DNA of 64,000 nucleotides from a virus, in the IMG/VR virus record IMGVR_UViG_3300026116_000004, positions 5,499 to 69,498 of that record; one strand, written 5' to 3'. Positions 37,066 to 47,041 of the stretch are shown one piece after another; within the stretch, counting starts at the first letter, position 1; each line of letters begins with the position of its first letter. The position numbers and the translations under genes are program-made. The notes beneath the pieces were generated by a model. The model did not search any database and had not been told where the DNA came from. It saw nothing but the letters and a program-made list of their open reading frames with translations.

Positions 37066-38633
37066 TGGCTGGTGGCATGGAAGGACTTCAATCCTATAAA
37101 CTAATTTGTGAAGGTGGATTGAATTCAAATCTCAACTACCTTGAACTTTCAGAAAGAACTCCTGGAGCTGCCACTACTCTCGTTAATTTTGAGCCCTCTT
37201 TGTTTGGTGGTTATAGAAGAATTAATGGTTTTGAACCTCTAGAAGCAACAGCCCCTGAAGTTGATCCTACCGGAGCTGAAGGAAGAATACTCGGTATTTC
37301 TATCTTTATTGAAGACATTATTGCTTCAAGAAAACAGCAATCTGGAAATACTTACAAATTCTATCAGTGGCAATCTGGTGGTGCTTGGACCGCATACGTA
37401 ACTGGTTTAACTCTTAGTACTATTAATATCGATAAGGTCAGATCAGACACATGGAACTTTGATGGTACGGATAAGATTGGTTTTGTGGATGGAGTCAATG
37501 GTGTTATCGTGTTTGACGGTACTAATTGGACCCAGCCTACAGGTGATCAGTCTATTAGCACTCCTAAGTATATTACGGTCTTTAAAAATACCGTATTCGT
37601 TTCTGGTGATAGCACTCATCCTGAACTTGTTGTGTATTCTGCTCCTAACGATGAAAGCGATTGGACAGCAGCTTCTGGCGCTGGTCAGATTAATGCAGGC
37701 TTTATTGTTAAACAGATAATTCCATTCCGTGATGAACTTTATGTCTTTGGTGAAACGAAGATTAAGAAGATCGTAATCGATAATACTGATTTTGTGCTCC
37801 AAGACGTTACTAAAAACATTGGCTTAGTCGCATCAGATGGTGTTGAAGAAATAAATGGTGATCTTCTCTTCTTGTCTCAAGACGGTTTTAGAACTATCGC
37901 AGGTACTAATCGAATTGGAGACGTTGAATTAGGTATTCAGTCTAAGAATATACAGCAGGATGTCATCGATTTGATTAAGAGTGCTGATTTACCATCGGTG
38001 AACACAGTTATTGTTCGAAGAAAGTCTCAATTTCGTTGTTTCTTTTCTGATGAAGGTCTCGATACCGAGAAAAATAACGGTATTGTTGGTGGTTTGAAGG
38101 GTGAAGACAACGGAATTTCATGGGAATGGGGTCGACTAAAAGGTATTAGGACCTCTGTTGCTACTTCTGGTTATATTGGAACAGAAGAATTCGTACTCCA
38201 TGGGGATTTTAATGGTAAAGTGTATCGACAAGAAGAAGGAACTTCCTTTGATGGAGGTGAAATTACTGCCATTTACACTACACCTTACTTTGATTTTGGT
38301 GAGTCAAACGTTAGAAAAACCATTCACAAAGTTGATGTATTTATTCGTGCCGAAGGTGATTTAACTCTAAATGTTGCTATGCAGTTTGATTGGAATTCGA
38401 GAGAAGTTTTCAATCCTACAACATACGTTTTTGAAGGTAATGTTTCTGGAACAACCTATGGAACAGGTGTTTACGGTACTTCAACTTACGCAACTCAGGT
38501 TCTCCCTGTGAGAATTAAGAATGTTGAAGGCTCCGGCTTCTCTAACAGGTTAACTTTCTCAACATCTGACATGAATGATAGTTATTCAATTCAAGGCATC
38601 GTTTATGAGTATGCCGTAAACGGAAGGAAATAA
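37065..38633 (+). CDS. Tail nozzle / stabilisation protein (tubular B-like)
   Basis: GGL...NFEP...GGYRRI; beta-propeller-like; synteny. Confidence 0.75.
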   Translation: MAGGMEGLQSYKLICEGGLNSNLNYLELSERTPGAATTLVNFEPSLFGGYRRINGFEPLEATAPEVDPTGAEGRILGISIFIEDIIASRKQQSGNTYKFYQWQSGGAWTAYVTGLTLSTINIDKVRSDTWNFDGTDKIGFVDGVNGVIVFDGTNWTQPTGDQSISTPKYITVFKNTVFVSGDSTHPELVVYSAPNDESDWTAASGAGQINAGFIVKQIIPFRDELYVFGETKIKKIVIDNTDFVLQDVTKNIGLVASDGVEEINGDLLFLSQDGFRTIAGTNRIGDVELGIQSKNIQQDVIDLIKSADLPSVNTVIVRRKSQFRCFFSDEGLDTEKNNGIVGGLKGEDNGISWEWGRLKGIRTSVATSGYIGTEEFVLHGDFNGKVYRQEEGTSFDGGEITAIYTTPYFDFGESNVRKTIHKVDVFIRAEGDLTLNVAMQFDWNSREVFNPTTYVFEGNVSGTTYGTGVYGTSTYATQVLPVRIKNVEGSGFSNRLTFSTSDMNDSYSIQGIVYEYAVNGRK

Positions 38634-38634
38634 T

Positions 38635-40317
38635 ATGGGTACTGGTTATACTCGGCAATCAGACGCTGAAATTGATGATGGATTAACTATTGAGGCTGTC
38701 GATCTCGATAATGAATTCGATGCTATTCAGGCTGCTTTTAACGGCACTTCTGGTCACTCTCATGATGGAACTTCTGGTGAAGGTCCTAAGATTTCTCTTA
38801 CGACTTCTGTTACAGGTGTTCTTCCAGTAGCTAATGGTGGTAATGCTGGTATTAACAATATCACAGCTACAACTGATCCTACGATTAATGATGATAGTAA
38901 TGATGGTTATGCAGTAGGCTCTCTTTGGGTTAATACAACTACAGATTTAGTTTTTATTGTGACTGACGTCACTGTTGGTGCTGCTGTTTGGAAAAGGTAC
39001 CAGCCGTATGATGCTGATCTCACTGCTTTAGCTGGTGTAACAAGCGCTGCTGATAAGGTTCCTTACTTCACTGGTTCTGAGACTGCAGACGTAACTACTC
39101 TTAGTTCTTATGGCAGAACTCTTATCGATGACGCAGACGCAGCTACTGCAAGAGCAACTCTCGGTGTTGTCATCGGTACTAATGTACAAGCGTATGATGC
39201 AGAGTTAAATGCGATTGCAGGTGTAACTAGCGCAGCAGACAAAGTTCCTTACTTTACTGGAAGTGGAACAGCCGATGTTACTACGTTATCATCGTATGGT
39301 AGAACTCTAATAGATGACGTTGATGCGTCGGGTGCTTTGGGAACTCTTGGGTTCACAACTTATACTAAAACTCTTATTGACGATATAGATGCATCTACAG
39401 CGTTAGGAACTCTTGGTTTTAGTTCCTTTGCTAAGACTGTTATTGATGATGCCGATGCTGCCACAATGAGAGCAACGATTGGTGTTGATGCTGCAGGTGC
39501 TAATCAGCCGTTAGATGCTACTCTTACTGCTTTAGCAGGACTTAACTCGACTGCTGGGCTTGTTGTTGAAACTGCTGCAGATGCTTTTACTAAGAGAACA
39601 CTCACAGGCACTGCTGCTGAAATTACTGTAACTAATGGTGATGGTGCTTCTGGCAATCCAACGATTAGCATTCCCACTTCTGTGACTTTTACGGGTAAAA
39701 CTATTACTGGTGGTACTTACGCATCAGGTGCCTTTAATGGTACTCTTGGCGCTACTACTCCCAGTTCTGTTGCTGCTACGACTGGTACATTTTCTAGTAC
39801 TTTGAGTGTGACAGGAACTTCTACATTAGGCACTACGAACACCGGTGCTTTAACAAGTTCTAGCAATATTACTGCAAATCAGAACTTTCAGAGTTCTACA
39901 GGTGCAGCTGTACTTGGTTGCACTGGTGCTGGTGGTGTTTACCTTCGTCCTAATGGTGTCGGAAGTACTACCGGACAAATGGTGGTGGATAGTGCGGGTA
40001 ATGTTACTATCTCTGGCACTACAACCTCTACTGGTGATATTACGTATTCTTCTGACGAAAGAGTTAAGAAAGATATTTTCCCTCTGAACTCTCAATGGGA
40101 TATTGTTAAAAATATTACTCCTGTCAGATTTACCAGAAAAGAAACTGAGAAAAAGAGTATTGGTTTTATTGCTCAGAACGTTAGAATGTTTGCGCCTGAG
40201 TTAGTATTAGAAGACGGTGAGGGTATGTTGTCTGTTGCTTATGGTAACATGGTGGCTATTCTTTGGGAGACTGTTCAAGAATTACAGAAGAGAATTGAAG
40301 AATTAGAGGCTAAATAA
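38635..40317 (+). CDS. Tail fibre with internal repeats and C-terminal intramolecular chaperone (peptidase S74-like)
   Basis: GYTRQ...H.HDG N-terminus; [21 protein letters not shown] repeated twice; SDERVK...GFIAQ...VQEL. Confidence 0.9.
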   Translation: MGTGYTRQSDAEIDDGLTIEAVDLDNEFDAIQAAFNGTSGHSHDGTSGEGPKISLTTSVTGVLPVANGGNAGINNITATTDPTINDDSNDGYAVGSLWVNTTTDLVFIVTDVTVGAAVWKRYQPYDADLTALAGVTSAADKVPYFTGSETADVTTLSSYGRTLIDDADAATARATLGVVIGTNVQAYDAELNAIAGVTSAADKVPYFTGSGTADVTTLSSYGRTLIDDVDASGALGTLGFTTYTKTLIDDIDASTALGTLGFSSFAKTVIDDADAATMRATIGVDAAGANQPLDATLTALAGLNSTAGLVVETAADAFTKRTLTGTAAEITVTNGDGASGNPTISIPTSVTFTGKTITGGTYASGAFNGTLGATTPSSVAATTGTFSSTLSVTGTSTLGTTNTGALTSSSNITANQNFQSSTGAAVLGCTGAGGVYLRPNGVGSTTGQMVVDSAGNVTISGTTTSTGDITYSSDERVKKDIFPLNSQWDIVKNITPVRFTRKETEKKSIGFIAQNVRMFAPELVLEDGEGMLSVAYGNMVAILWETVQELQKRIEELEAK

Positions 40318-41126
40318 TGACACTTCCTGCTTCTCCCCCTATTAAAGCAAGTGATATAAACGTTGAATTAGGACGTTCTGGTAGTGCAGCGTTTGATATA
40401 AACGGTTCTGAAGAAAGAGCGTTAGCGGGAATTCCATCTGGAGCTATTAAATTTTCAGACTTTCTAGGAAAATCCTCCTTTAGTGTAACCTATCAAGGAA
40501 TTTTCTCCACAAGTATGATTGGCTTAACAAATATAACGGTCTCAGGTGCAACTTTTGGTACGGCAAGTTCTAGCAGACGCATGTTTGCGGCCATTCATGC
40601 AATTGGTGGCGCTGGTGCTGCAAGAACTTTAAGCAGTGCGAGTATTGGAGGTGTTGGGGCTACAATCCATGCAAACATCAGTGACCATTTCGGCGCTGGA
40701 ACCGCCACTTGGAATTTAGCTATTATCAGCGCATTGGTTCCTTCTGGTAGTTCAGGTAATATTGTTTTAAACTACCCAGCAAGCTGGACTAGTGGAACTG
40801 TATATGTTGCCATGACTAATGCAATTGGTTTAGTAGGAAATACGGCTAACGACACTGCTTCCAATTTTCCTCCAAGTGGAGGTGCTTCTGCAAGTACGAC
40901 GATTTCTGTACCGGCCAATGGTGTCCTTATCGCCTGTGGACTGCAGGAGTTAGCCACAGATATCACGATGAGTGCGCCTACGCCCGTTACCTATGACACT
41001 ACAGACTATTGTGGGGCTATTTTGTCCGGACAGTCTTCAAATGGGTCAAGATCACTAGCTCTCACTTCTTCTGGGGGTTCAACACCTTCTTGCGCAATCG
41101 CAGGCGTAACATGGGTTGGACAATAA
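40317..41126 (+). CDS. Tail-fibre-associated protein
   Basis: TLP.S.PI..SDIN.ELG...I.FSDF.GKS N-terminus; follows the fibre gene. Confidence 0.7.
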   Translation: MTLPASPPIKASDINVELGRSGSAAFDINGSEERALAGIPSGAIKFSDFLGKSSFSVTYQGIFSTSMIGLTNITVSGATFGTASSSRRMFAAIHAIGGAGAARTLSSASIGGVGATIHANISDHFGAGTATWNLAIISALVPSGSSGNIVLNYPASWTSGTVYVAMTNAIGLVGNTANDTASNFPPSGGASASTTISVPANGVLIACGLQELATDITMSAPTPVTYDTTDYCGAILSGQSSNGSRSLALTSSGGSTPSCAIAGVTWVGQ

Positions 41127-41143
41127 TTTATAAGGAATATTAA

Positions 41144-41749
41144 ATGAGAACGTTAAATAACGCGACTCTCGACCTCATTAAGTCTTTTGAAGGTTGTAGA
41201 CTGAAAGCTTATAAAGACTCAGTTGGTGTCTGGACTATCGGATATGGTCATACTTCTGCCGCTGGTGGACTACAGGTTAGTTCTGGTTTGACTATTACTC
41301 AGGCTCAGGCAGATACTCTTTTAGAAAAAGACCTTATTAAATATCAGTCTTATGTAGAAGCAGCTATCAAAGTGCCTGTTAATGACAATCAGTATGGGGC
41401 TATGGTTTCATTATGTTACAACATTGGTCCTGGTAATTTCGCTAAGAGCACTGTAGTCAAAAAAACTAACGCTAGTGACTGGAAGGGTGCAGCAGCCGCA
41501 TTTTCCATGTGGAATAAAGCAGGTGGTAAGGTTCTTGCTGGTTTAACTAGACGTAGGGCGGATGAAGCCAAACTGTATTTAAAGCCCTCTGAGAAGGTTT
41601 CTACTCTTGAGGTATCTGTACCGCAGAAATCTACTGAAACCCCTGTAGCGCCTCCTGTGGCCGATACAGAGCCTACTGAGAAGACTTCGTGGCTTTCTGC
41701 ATTGATTAATCTCGCAATGGTACTCTTTAATGGAAAGGCAGGACGCTAA
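41144..41749 (+). CDS. Endolysin, GH24 lysozyme
   Basis: FEG.RL.AY.D..G.WTIGYGHT (E-D-T triad), YNIG, GL.RRR..E. Confidence 0.95.
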   Translation: MRTLNNATLDLIKSFEGCRLKAYKDSVGVWTIGYGHTSAAGGLQVSSGLTITQAQADTLLEKDLIKYQSYVEAAIKVPVNDNQYGAMVSLCYNIGPGNFAKSTVVKKTNASDWKGAAAAFSMWNKAGGKVLAGLTRRRADEAKLYLKPSEKVSTLEVSVPQKSTETPVAPPVADTEPTEKTSWLSALINLAMVLFNGKAGR

Positions 41750-41973
41750 TGCCAAAAGGACAAGCCCCTTATAATAAAGACTCTAATACTCATGATCCCG
41801 ATGACAATCATTCTTTCGATGCCCCAATGACTGCTAACGATGGCACGAGACTTATGACGCGAAAGACTTCTATGGGATCACAAAGGGTTCGCGAAAGTTC
41901 TAAGCCACCAAAAGACCAAGTTACCCCCGGTAAATGGAACTCTAAAGATTGTATTGATGGTAAAATGCCATGA
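41749..41973 (+). CDS. Hypothetical protein
   Basis: TAATG coupling; VTPGKW motif. Confidence 0.6.
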   Translation: MPKGQAPYNKDSNTHDPDDNHSFDAPMTANDGTRLMTRKTSMGSQRVRESSKPPKDQVTPGKWNSKDCIDGKMP

Positions 41974-42149
41974 GAGATTGGATAGCAGAAAGATATAAGG
42001 CATTCGTGCCTCTGATTATGGTTGGTATCTATTTAATCAATCAGCACTATGGTTGGGAACTTCCGTTGACTAACGATGATGTCGTAGCACTCCTTGGTGT
42101 TATAATCTCTATTGGAGTTCACGCAGTTCCTAACAAACGGAGAGACTAA
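41970..42149 (+). CDS. Putative holin (2 TM, 59 aa; below track cutoff)
   Basis: MRDWIAERYKAFVPLIMVGIYLI...VVALLGVITLIGVHAVPNKRRD; ATGA overlap. Confidence 0.6.
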   Translation: MRDWIAERYKAFVPLIMVGIYLINQHYGWELPLTNDDVVALLGVIISIGVHAVPNKRRD

Positions 42150-42530
42150 ATGTGGAGTGCAATAGCTAGTTTACTCGGTGGGTTCTTCTCTGGACCTCTA
42201 AAACAAATTTCTAATGATCTTAAAGAAGCCTACCAGTCCAAGCTAGCTGCTGCTAACGACGCAGAAAGGATTGCCGCTGATGAACGAATTAATACTCTTG
42301 AAGCTAGGAAGTCAATCATCCTGGCTGCTCAATCAGACCCTTTGGAAAGATTGGTCCGTATTGGTTTTGCTTTACCTTTCGTCATTTATAATGCAAAACT
42401 CCTAATCTGGGATAAAGTCTTAGGTTTTGGTATCACGGATGGACTTTCACCTGAACTCACACAGTTAATGTGGATTGTAGTTGGTGGCTATTTCTTAGAT
42501 ACAACTGTGAAAAGGATATTTAAAAGATGA
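42150..42530 (+). CDS. Holin-like membrane protein
   Basis: N-terminal amphipathic segment, two TMs, GGYF..T..R tail. Confidence 0.65.
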   Translation: MWSAIASLLGGFFSGPLKQISNDLKEAYQSKLAAANDAERIAADERINTLEARKSIILAAQSDPLERLVRIGFALPFVIYNAKLLIWDKVLGFGITDGLSPELTQLMWIVVGGYFLDTTVKRIFKR

Positions 42531-42733
42531 CAGAGGAACCTGATTTCAAGGATGACGAACTCATCAACATTAAACTTCCCCGTTCACAATATGAACTATT
42601 AAAAACAATGATCAAAAGAGAAGAAGCGAATTTGTGGCTTACTAATGCATTAAAGAATAGCTGGATTTGGATTGTTGGTGGTGGAGTCTTGACTATTTGG
42701 CTTCTATTTGATAAATTTAATGGAGTTAAATAA
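42527..42733 (+). CDS. Small membrane protein
   Basis: C-terminal TM segment. Confidence 0.6.
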   Translation: MTEEPDFKDDELINIKLPRSQYELLKTMIKREEANLWLTNALKNSWIWIVGGGVLTIWLLFDKFNGVK

Positions 42734-44391
42734 TGTCTCAAGGTGATACTCCTAACTCTCATGATGTGACTGGTGGAACTAATGGAAGTCTAGTTAATCC
42801 CCCTGTGACACCCACTCCGACCCCAACACCAACGCCTACACCTACTCCAACCACTCCTACTGCTGCTACCGCAGATAACGCTACTAGTATTGTAGCAGGT
42901 CAGCCAGTAGCTGGTTCAGGACAGATCAATGTTACAGACTATGCTTCTCAAGTTGCACTTGATCCTAGTCTTGCGTTAGCAAAGGATGATCCTAATACCT
43001 CTCAGAATGAGAGCGAATACTTACAGGATCACGTTCAAAATATTGATCCTAACGCGGCTGGTACTAATGTTACTGCCCCAACTCAAGGAGCTACACAGGA
43101 AGGTCAGACCACTCAGGCTCAAACTGCCCAACAGGCTCAGGTTGATCCTAGAGACGCTACAACTTATGACGCTGCTACTTCCCAACAGAATGTTGAAGAA
43201 AATGGACAGGCAACTGCACAGCAGGGTCAAGTAGATCAAAGTCATTTAGTTGATGCCCCTCAGGAAGATGTTCAGGCCATGGCTAATGGTCAGGGTCCTG
43301 TAGGTCAAGCACTTAACGATTATGCTAAGCAGAACCTTTCTAACATCATTGACACTAGTACTCCTAGTGGTAAAGCTCTCGCAGAAGCTCTTGGTGATGG
43401 CAACTATGTTGACTCCAAGGCTACTCTTAAGGGTCAGTTAGATACTCTACAATCTGAATTCGTAGATGCTAATGGTAATCCTAAGATACCCGGATGGGCT
43501 GCTGGTACTGCTAGAAACGTTTCTAAGATTGCTGCTTTCAAAGGTATGTCTGGTACTGCTGCTACTGCAGCGATGGCTCAGGCTATCATGGAGGCTTCTA
43601 TCCCTGTTGCTCAACAGGACGCTTCATTCTTTCAAACTCTTACTCTTAAGAACTTAGATAACAAACAACAGGCTACTATAAACAAAGCCAATGTGTTAGC
43701 TAATTTCGAAATGACTAACTTAGACAACAGAATGACTGCTGCTGTTGAGAACTCTAAAGCATTCCTTCAGATGGATATGCAGAACCTCGACAACAAACAG
43801 CAAGCAGAAATGCTTAATACTCAGTCTAGAGTTCAGTCTATTCTTGAGGATAGTAAGCAGGAAAATGCTTCTAGACTTTTCGCTGCACAATCTCAGCAGG
43901 ATATGGATAAGTTCTACGATAGTCTAAATGCTTCGATTGGTCAGTTTAACACTTCTCAGTTGAATACTATGTCTCAGTTTAATACTGGACAGTCAAACGA
44001 TATGTCTAAATTTAACGCTGATTTAGAAAATAACAGAGATCAGTTTTATAAGACCATGCAGTACAACGTAGACACTGCTAATGCTAAATGGCGTCAAACG
44101 GTTACTCTTCAGGATAATGCAAACCAGTTCGAAGCTGCTGCTACTGATGTTAAAACTATGACTACTATTTCTCAGGAACAGTTAAATCAGATTTGGGATC
44201 GTTCAGACGCCCTTCTTGATTACGCTTGGAAGTCTGCAGAGAATGAAGCAGATCGTAAGGCTCAGATGACTATGGCTAAGTTTCAAGCTAACGCTGCTAA
44301 TAAGGCAGCTAATTCAGCTGGAATTGGTGCCATTGCTGGTAGTATCGCAGGTAAAGCTGCAGGCTCATTACTCGATTGGGCATTTGGTTAA
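42733..44391 (+). CDS. Internal virion (ejection) protein
   Basis: (PT)n linker, Q/N/A-rich with QFN repeats, G/A-rich C-terminus. Confidence 0.75.
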   Translation: MSQGDTPNSHDVTGGTNGSLVNPPVTPTPTPTPTPTPTPTTPTAATADNATSIVAGQPVAGSGQINVTDYASQVALDPSLALAKDDPNTSQNESEYLQDHVQNIDPNAAGTNVTAPTQGATQEGQTTQAQTAQQAQVDPRDATTYDAATSQQNVEENGQATAQQGQVDQSHLVDAPQEDVQAMANGQGPVGQALNDYAKQNLSNIIDTSTPSGKALAEALGDGNYVDSKATLKGQLDTLQSEFVDANGNPKIPGWAAGTARNVSKIAAFKGMSGTAATAAMAQAIMEASIPVAQQDASFFQTLTLKNLDNKQQATINKANVLANFEMTNLDNRMTAAVENSKAFLQMDMQNLDNKQQAEMLNTQSRVQSILEDSKQENASRLFAAQSQQDMDKFYDSLNASIGQFNTSQLNTMSQFNTGQSNDMSKFNADLENNRDQFYKTMQYNVDTANAKWRQTVTLQDNANQFEAAATDVKTMTTISQEQLNQIWDRSDALLDYAWKSAENEADRKAQMTMAKFQANAANKAANSAGIGAIAGSIAGKAAGSLLDWAFG

Positions 44392-44402
44392 AAGGAATTA
44401 AG

Positions 44403-45161
44403 ATGGGTGTTACATTCGAAGATATGGTTACCAAGTCTATGCGTCTCTATTGGAAGAAGACCAAAGACTATGGCGGTATGACTTCTACAAAGGACACGAA
44501 GTATAATAAATCTTATTTCGATAATGTCGAGAAAGAAATGCTTCCTGCCGATCAGAAATACACTAAACCAAAATTACCAGATGCTAAAAACATGAGTGGT
44601 ATTCCTGGGATGATGCCTACTCCAAATGGTCCTATTCCCGGAGAAAATTATACTTCTGATACCAAGAACTATCCTTGGCATCGTCCCCCAGAGGTTACTA
44701 ACCTCGACGACGCTATTCAACTTTCAGCTAAACAGTTGATGGATGAAGAGAAGTCAACGGGTCTTTTAACTATGATGCAGATGGGTACTCCCATTTCGTT
44801 ACTTACCGATATCTTTGTTACAAGTGGTATTGGTGCAGGTAAGTGGACTCCGGATTATGCTATTCTATTAGCTGGCCCTGTTAGTCATATCATGATGTTG
44901 ATGGCTAAAGCAGAAGGTATTGAACCTGATCTTGGTATTGATTTACCAAATAATCCTCATACTATTTCTTACATGAAAGCTATTACAGAAGATCAACAGA
45001 ACGTTGCTAACGTTTATAAGTCTCTCGATGAGCCTGAAACGATTGCCTCTATGCAGAATGCAGTTAAAGGTTTTATGGGTATGGGTCAACAGACGTCTGC
45101 CCCTAGTGAAGAATTAAATGAAACTACACCAGATAATGAAGTGACTGAAGGAGAACAATAA
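44403..45161 (+). CDS. Virion-associated protein
   Basis: PIPGENYT...YPWHRPP and G.WTPD motifs; AAGGA RBS. Confidence 0.7.
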   Translation: MGVTFEDMVTKSMRLYWKKTKDYGGMTSTKDTKYNKSYFDNVEKEMLPADQKYTKPKLPDAKNMSGIPGMMPTPNGPIPGENYTSDTKNYPWHRPPEVTNLDDAIQLSAKQLMDEEKSTGLLTMMQMGTPISLLTDIFVTSGIGAGKWTPDYAILLAGPVSHIMMLMAKAEGIEPDLGIDLPNNPHTISYMKAITEDQQNVANVYKSLDEPETIASMQNAVKGFMGMGQQTSAPSEELNETTPDNEVTEGEQ

Positions 45162-47041
45162 TGGCAGGTGGATTTGCTGCAGGCTTTGGGTCTGCCTTTG
45201 CCCAGTCCTTTAATCAACAGACACAGAACGATGCTCAGCATAACGAAGATGCTTTTCGTCTACAGTACCAAGACTATATCTCCCAGAGAGATTATCGTCA
45301 GAAGATGGACTTAGAGAATAAAAAGAACCTTCGTGTTGCTCGTAGTATTGTTGCGGCTACTGGTGCCCCTCCTGAGACTGTTTCGTATGCTTACGATCAG
45401 TTAACTGGTGGTGCAGACCCCATGAGTGTTCAGAAGTACTTAACTGAAAATCAGGCCGTTGTCACAAAGAATACAAATACTACTCAGCCCGGTGCTGGTG
45501 CTACTGCGTCTGATGCACAACCTGCTGATCCTAGAGACAGTTTAACTCAGTCTGCTCAGTCTTCTGTTGACTCTCAGATGAAGTCTTCTGGTTTAAAAGC
45601 TCCTGCTTCTGGTGGTATCTTTGGAGATATCAAACAGGGTATCCACAATGTGTTCCATAGTGGTGCACCTACTGCGGGCAGACAGTCTAACGCTAGAACT
45701 CAAGAGATTGCTGATGCTTCTGGTACTACTGCTCAGAACGTTCAGGATACTCTCGGTGGTAATAATATGCCGGGTGATCCTGTCGATGGTATGCCAAATG
45801 CTTCTGTTAAGTTTGTTCCCAAGGGTGCAACCTTTGAAGCTCTTAGAGACAAGGCCAACAACTTGGGTGATGCTCAGGCATTGGCTGTGTGGACTGAGAA
45901 CAATGGTACACCTGAACAAAAGAATTACGCTAATACTCTCTTAGAGAAGTATAAATTACTTAAGGCTAATGAGATTAGAGATAATGGTTATGCCCTTGAT
46001 CCTTCAAAGGCTCCTCAGAGAGGTATGGTGAGAAATCCTGATGGTTCTTATCAAAACCAGTTTGTCACTCCTGATTACTCTCAAGGATATGATAATCCCG
46101 TTTGGAAAGACGCTAAGGGCAACGTGGTTGATGCCAAGAGTGTTGCTCCCATTGGTCCTGCACAAGAAAAAGATATGCAGGGTGTTGCCAATGAAGGTTC
46201 TGATGACCTGAAGACTTACGATCAAGCTAAGAATGACCAGAAGAACTTCATCCGTACTGCTAGCGATTACATTAAGTTGTTGAAAGACACTAATGGTAAA
46301 TACGACGGCAAGGTCATGGATTTGACTGGCGATGTTTCTCAGGTTGCTGATAGAGTTCGTAGGGCTGTTGTTAACATTGCTGACTTAGTGTCACCTCGTG
46401 GTGAAGTGCCAGATGCTAATGTTGCTATTGCCTCTCTCGATAAGACAGAGAAAGCTCTTCGTGACGAATTAATGTCTGGAAAGCTCGTTGATAGAGTTTC
46501 TATTAACGCTGCTAAGGCAACTCTCGTTGATATCCAGGGTACTAAACTCGCGTATCAGATGGCGGCTCAGGCCAATGGTTCTACCAAAGGTATCTCTAAT
46601 AAAGACTTTGAGAACTACAAGAACGTAGTGGCTGGTGGTGGTAACCCTCAGACTGCTGCTAAGGCTCTACAGATGTCCATCCAGCAGGGTAATCAGTCTA
46701 TCGCTGATATGGAGAAGAATGTTAAAACTGGTAGAGGCGCGGCTGCTTACTACAAGCAGAAGTATCCGGGTGCTCCCACTGGTTTTGATATGGGTAAAGA
46801 CTTTAATACTGAGTCTGCTGAAGACCCAACTCTCGCTGAAGCTTTAAAGAATATCAATGCGGATGCTGGTGTGGAAGACAATCCTGGTCAACAGGTAGAT
46901 ACTACTCCAAATGTGCCTGATTGGGCACAGAAAGCTACTAAACCTATTCTAGATTTCAAAGGTGAACCTGTCCTTCCTGGTGCTTGGAAGTATATGTCCC
47001 CTGAACTTCAAGAGTATCTCAAGAAAAAGAATGGACTCTAA
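45161..47041 (+). CDS. Internal virion (ejection) protein
   Basis: MAGGFAAGF N-terminus; synteny. Confidence 0.7.
   Translation: MAGGFAAGFGSAFAQSFNQQTQNDAQHNEDAFRLQYQDYISQRDYRQKMDLENKKNLRVARSIVAATGAPPETVSYAYDQLTGGADPMSVQKYLTENQAVVTKNTNTTQPGAGATASDAQPADPRDSLTQSAQSSVDSQMKSSGLKAPASGGIFGDIKQGIHNVFHSGAPTAGRQSNARTQEIADASGTTAQNVQDTLGGNNMPGDPVDGMPNASVKFVPKGATFEALRDKANNLGDAQALAVWTENNGTPEQKNYANTLLEKYKLLKANEIRDNGYALDPSKAPQRGMVRNPDGSYQNQFVTPDYSQGYDNPVWKDAKGNVVDAKSVAPIGPAQEKDMQGVANEGSDDLKTYDQAKNDQKNFIRTASDYIKLLKDTNGKYDGKVMDLTGDVSQVADRVRRAVVNIADLVSPRGEVPDANVAIASLDKTEKALRDELMSGKLVDRVSINAAKATLVDIQGTKLAYQMAAQANGSTKGISNKDFENYKNVVAGGGNPQTAAKALQMSIQQGNQSIADMEKNVKTGRGAAAYYKQKYPGAPTGFDMGKDFNTESAEDPTLAEALKNINADAGVEDNPGQQVDTTPNVPDWAQKATKPILDFKGEPVLPGAWKYMSPELQEYLKKKNGL

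Noticed and set aside
39005-39330. Tail-fibre direct repeats as a DGR or invertible cassette
   Set aside because: In-frame protein repeats diverged mainly at synonymous sites; no reverse transcriptase or invertase seen
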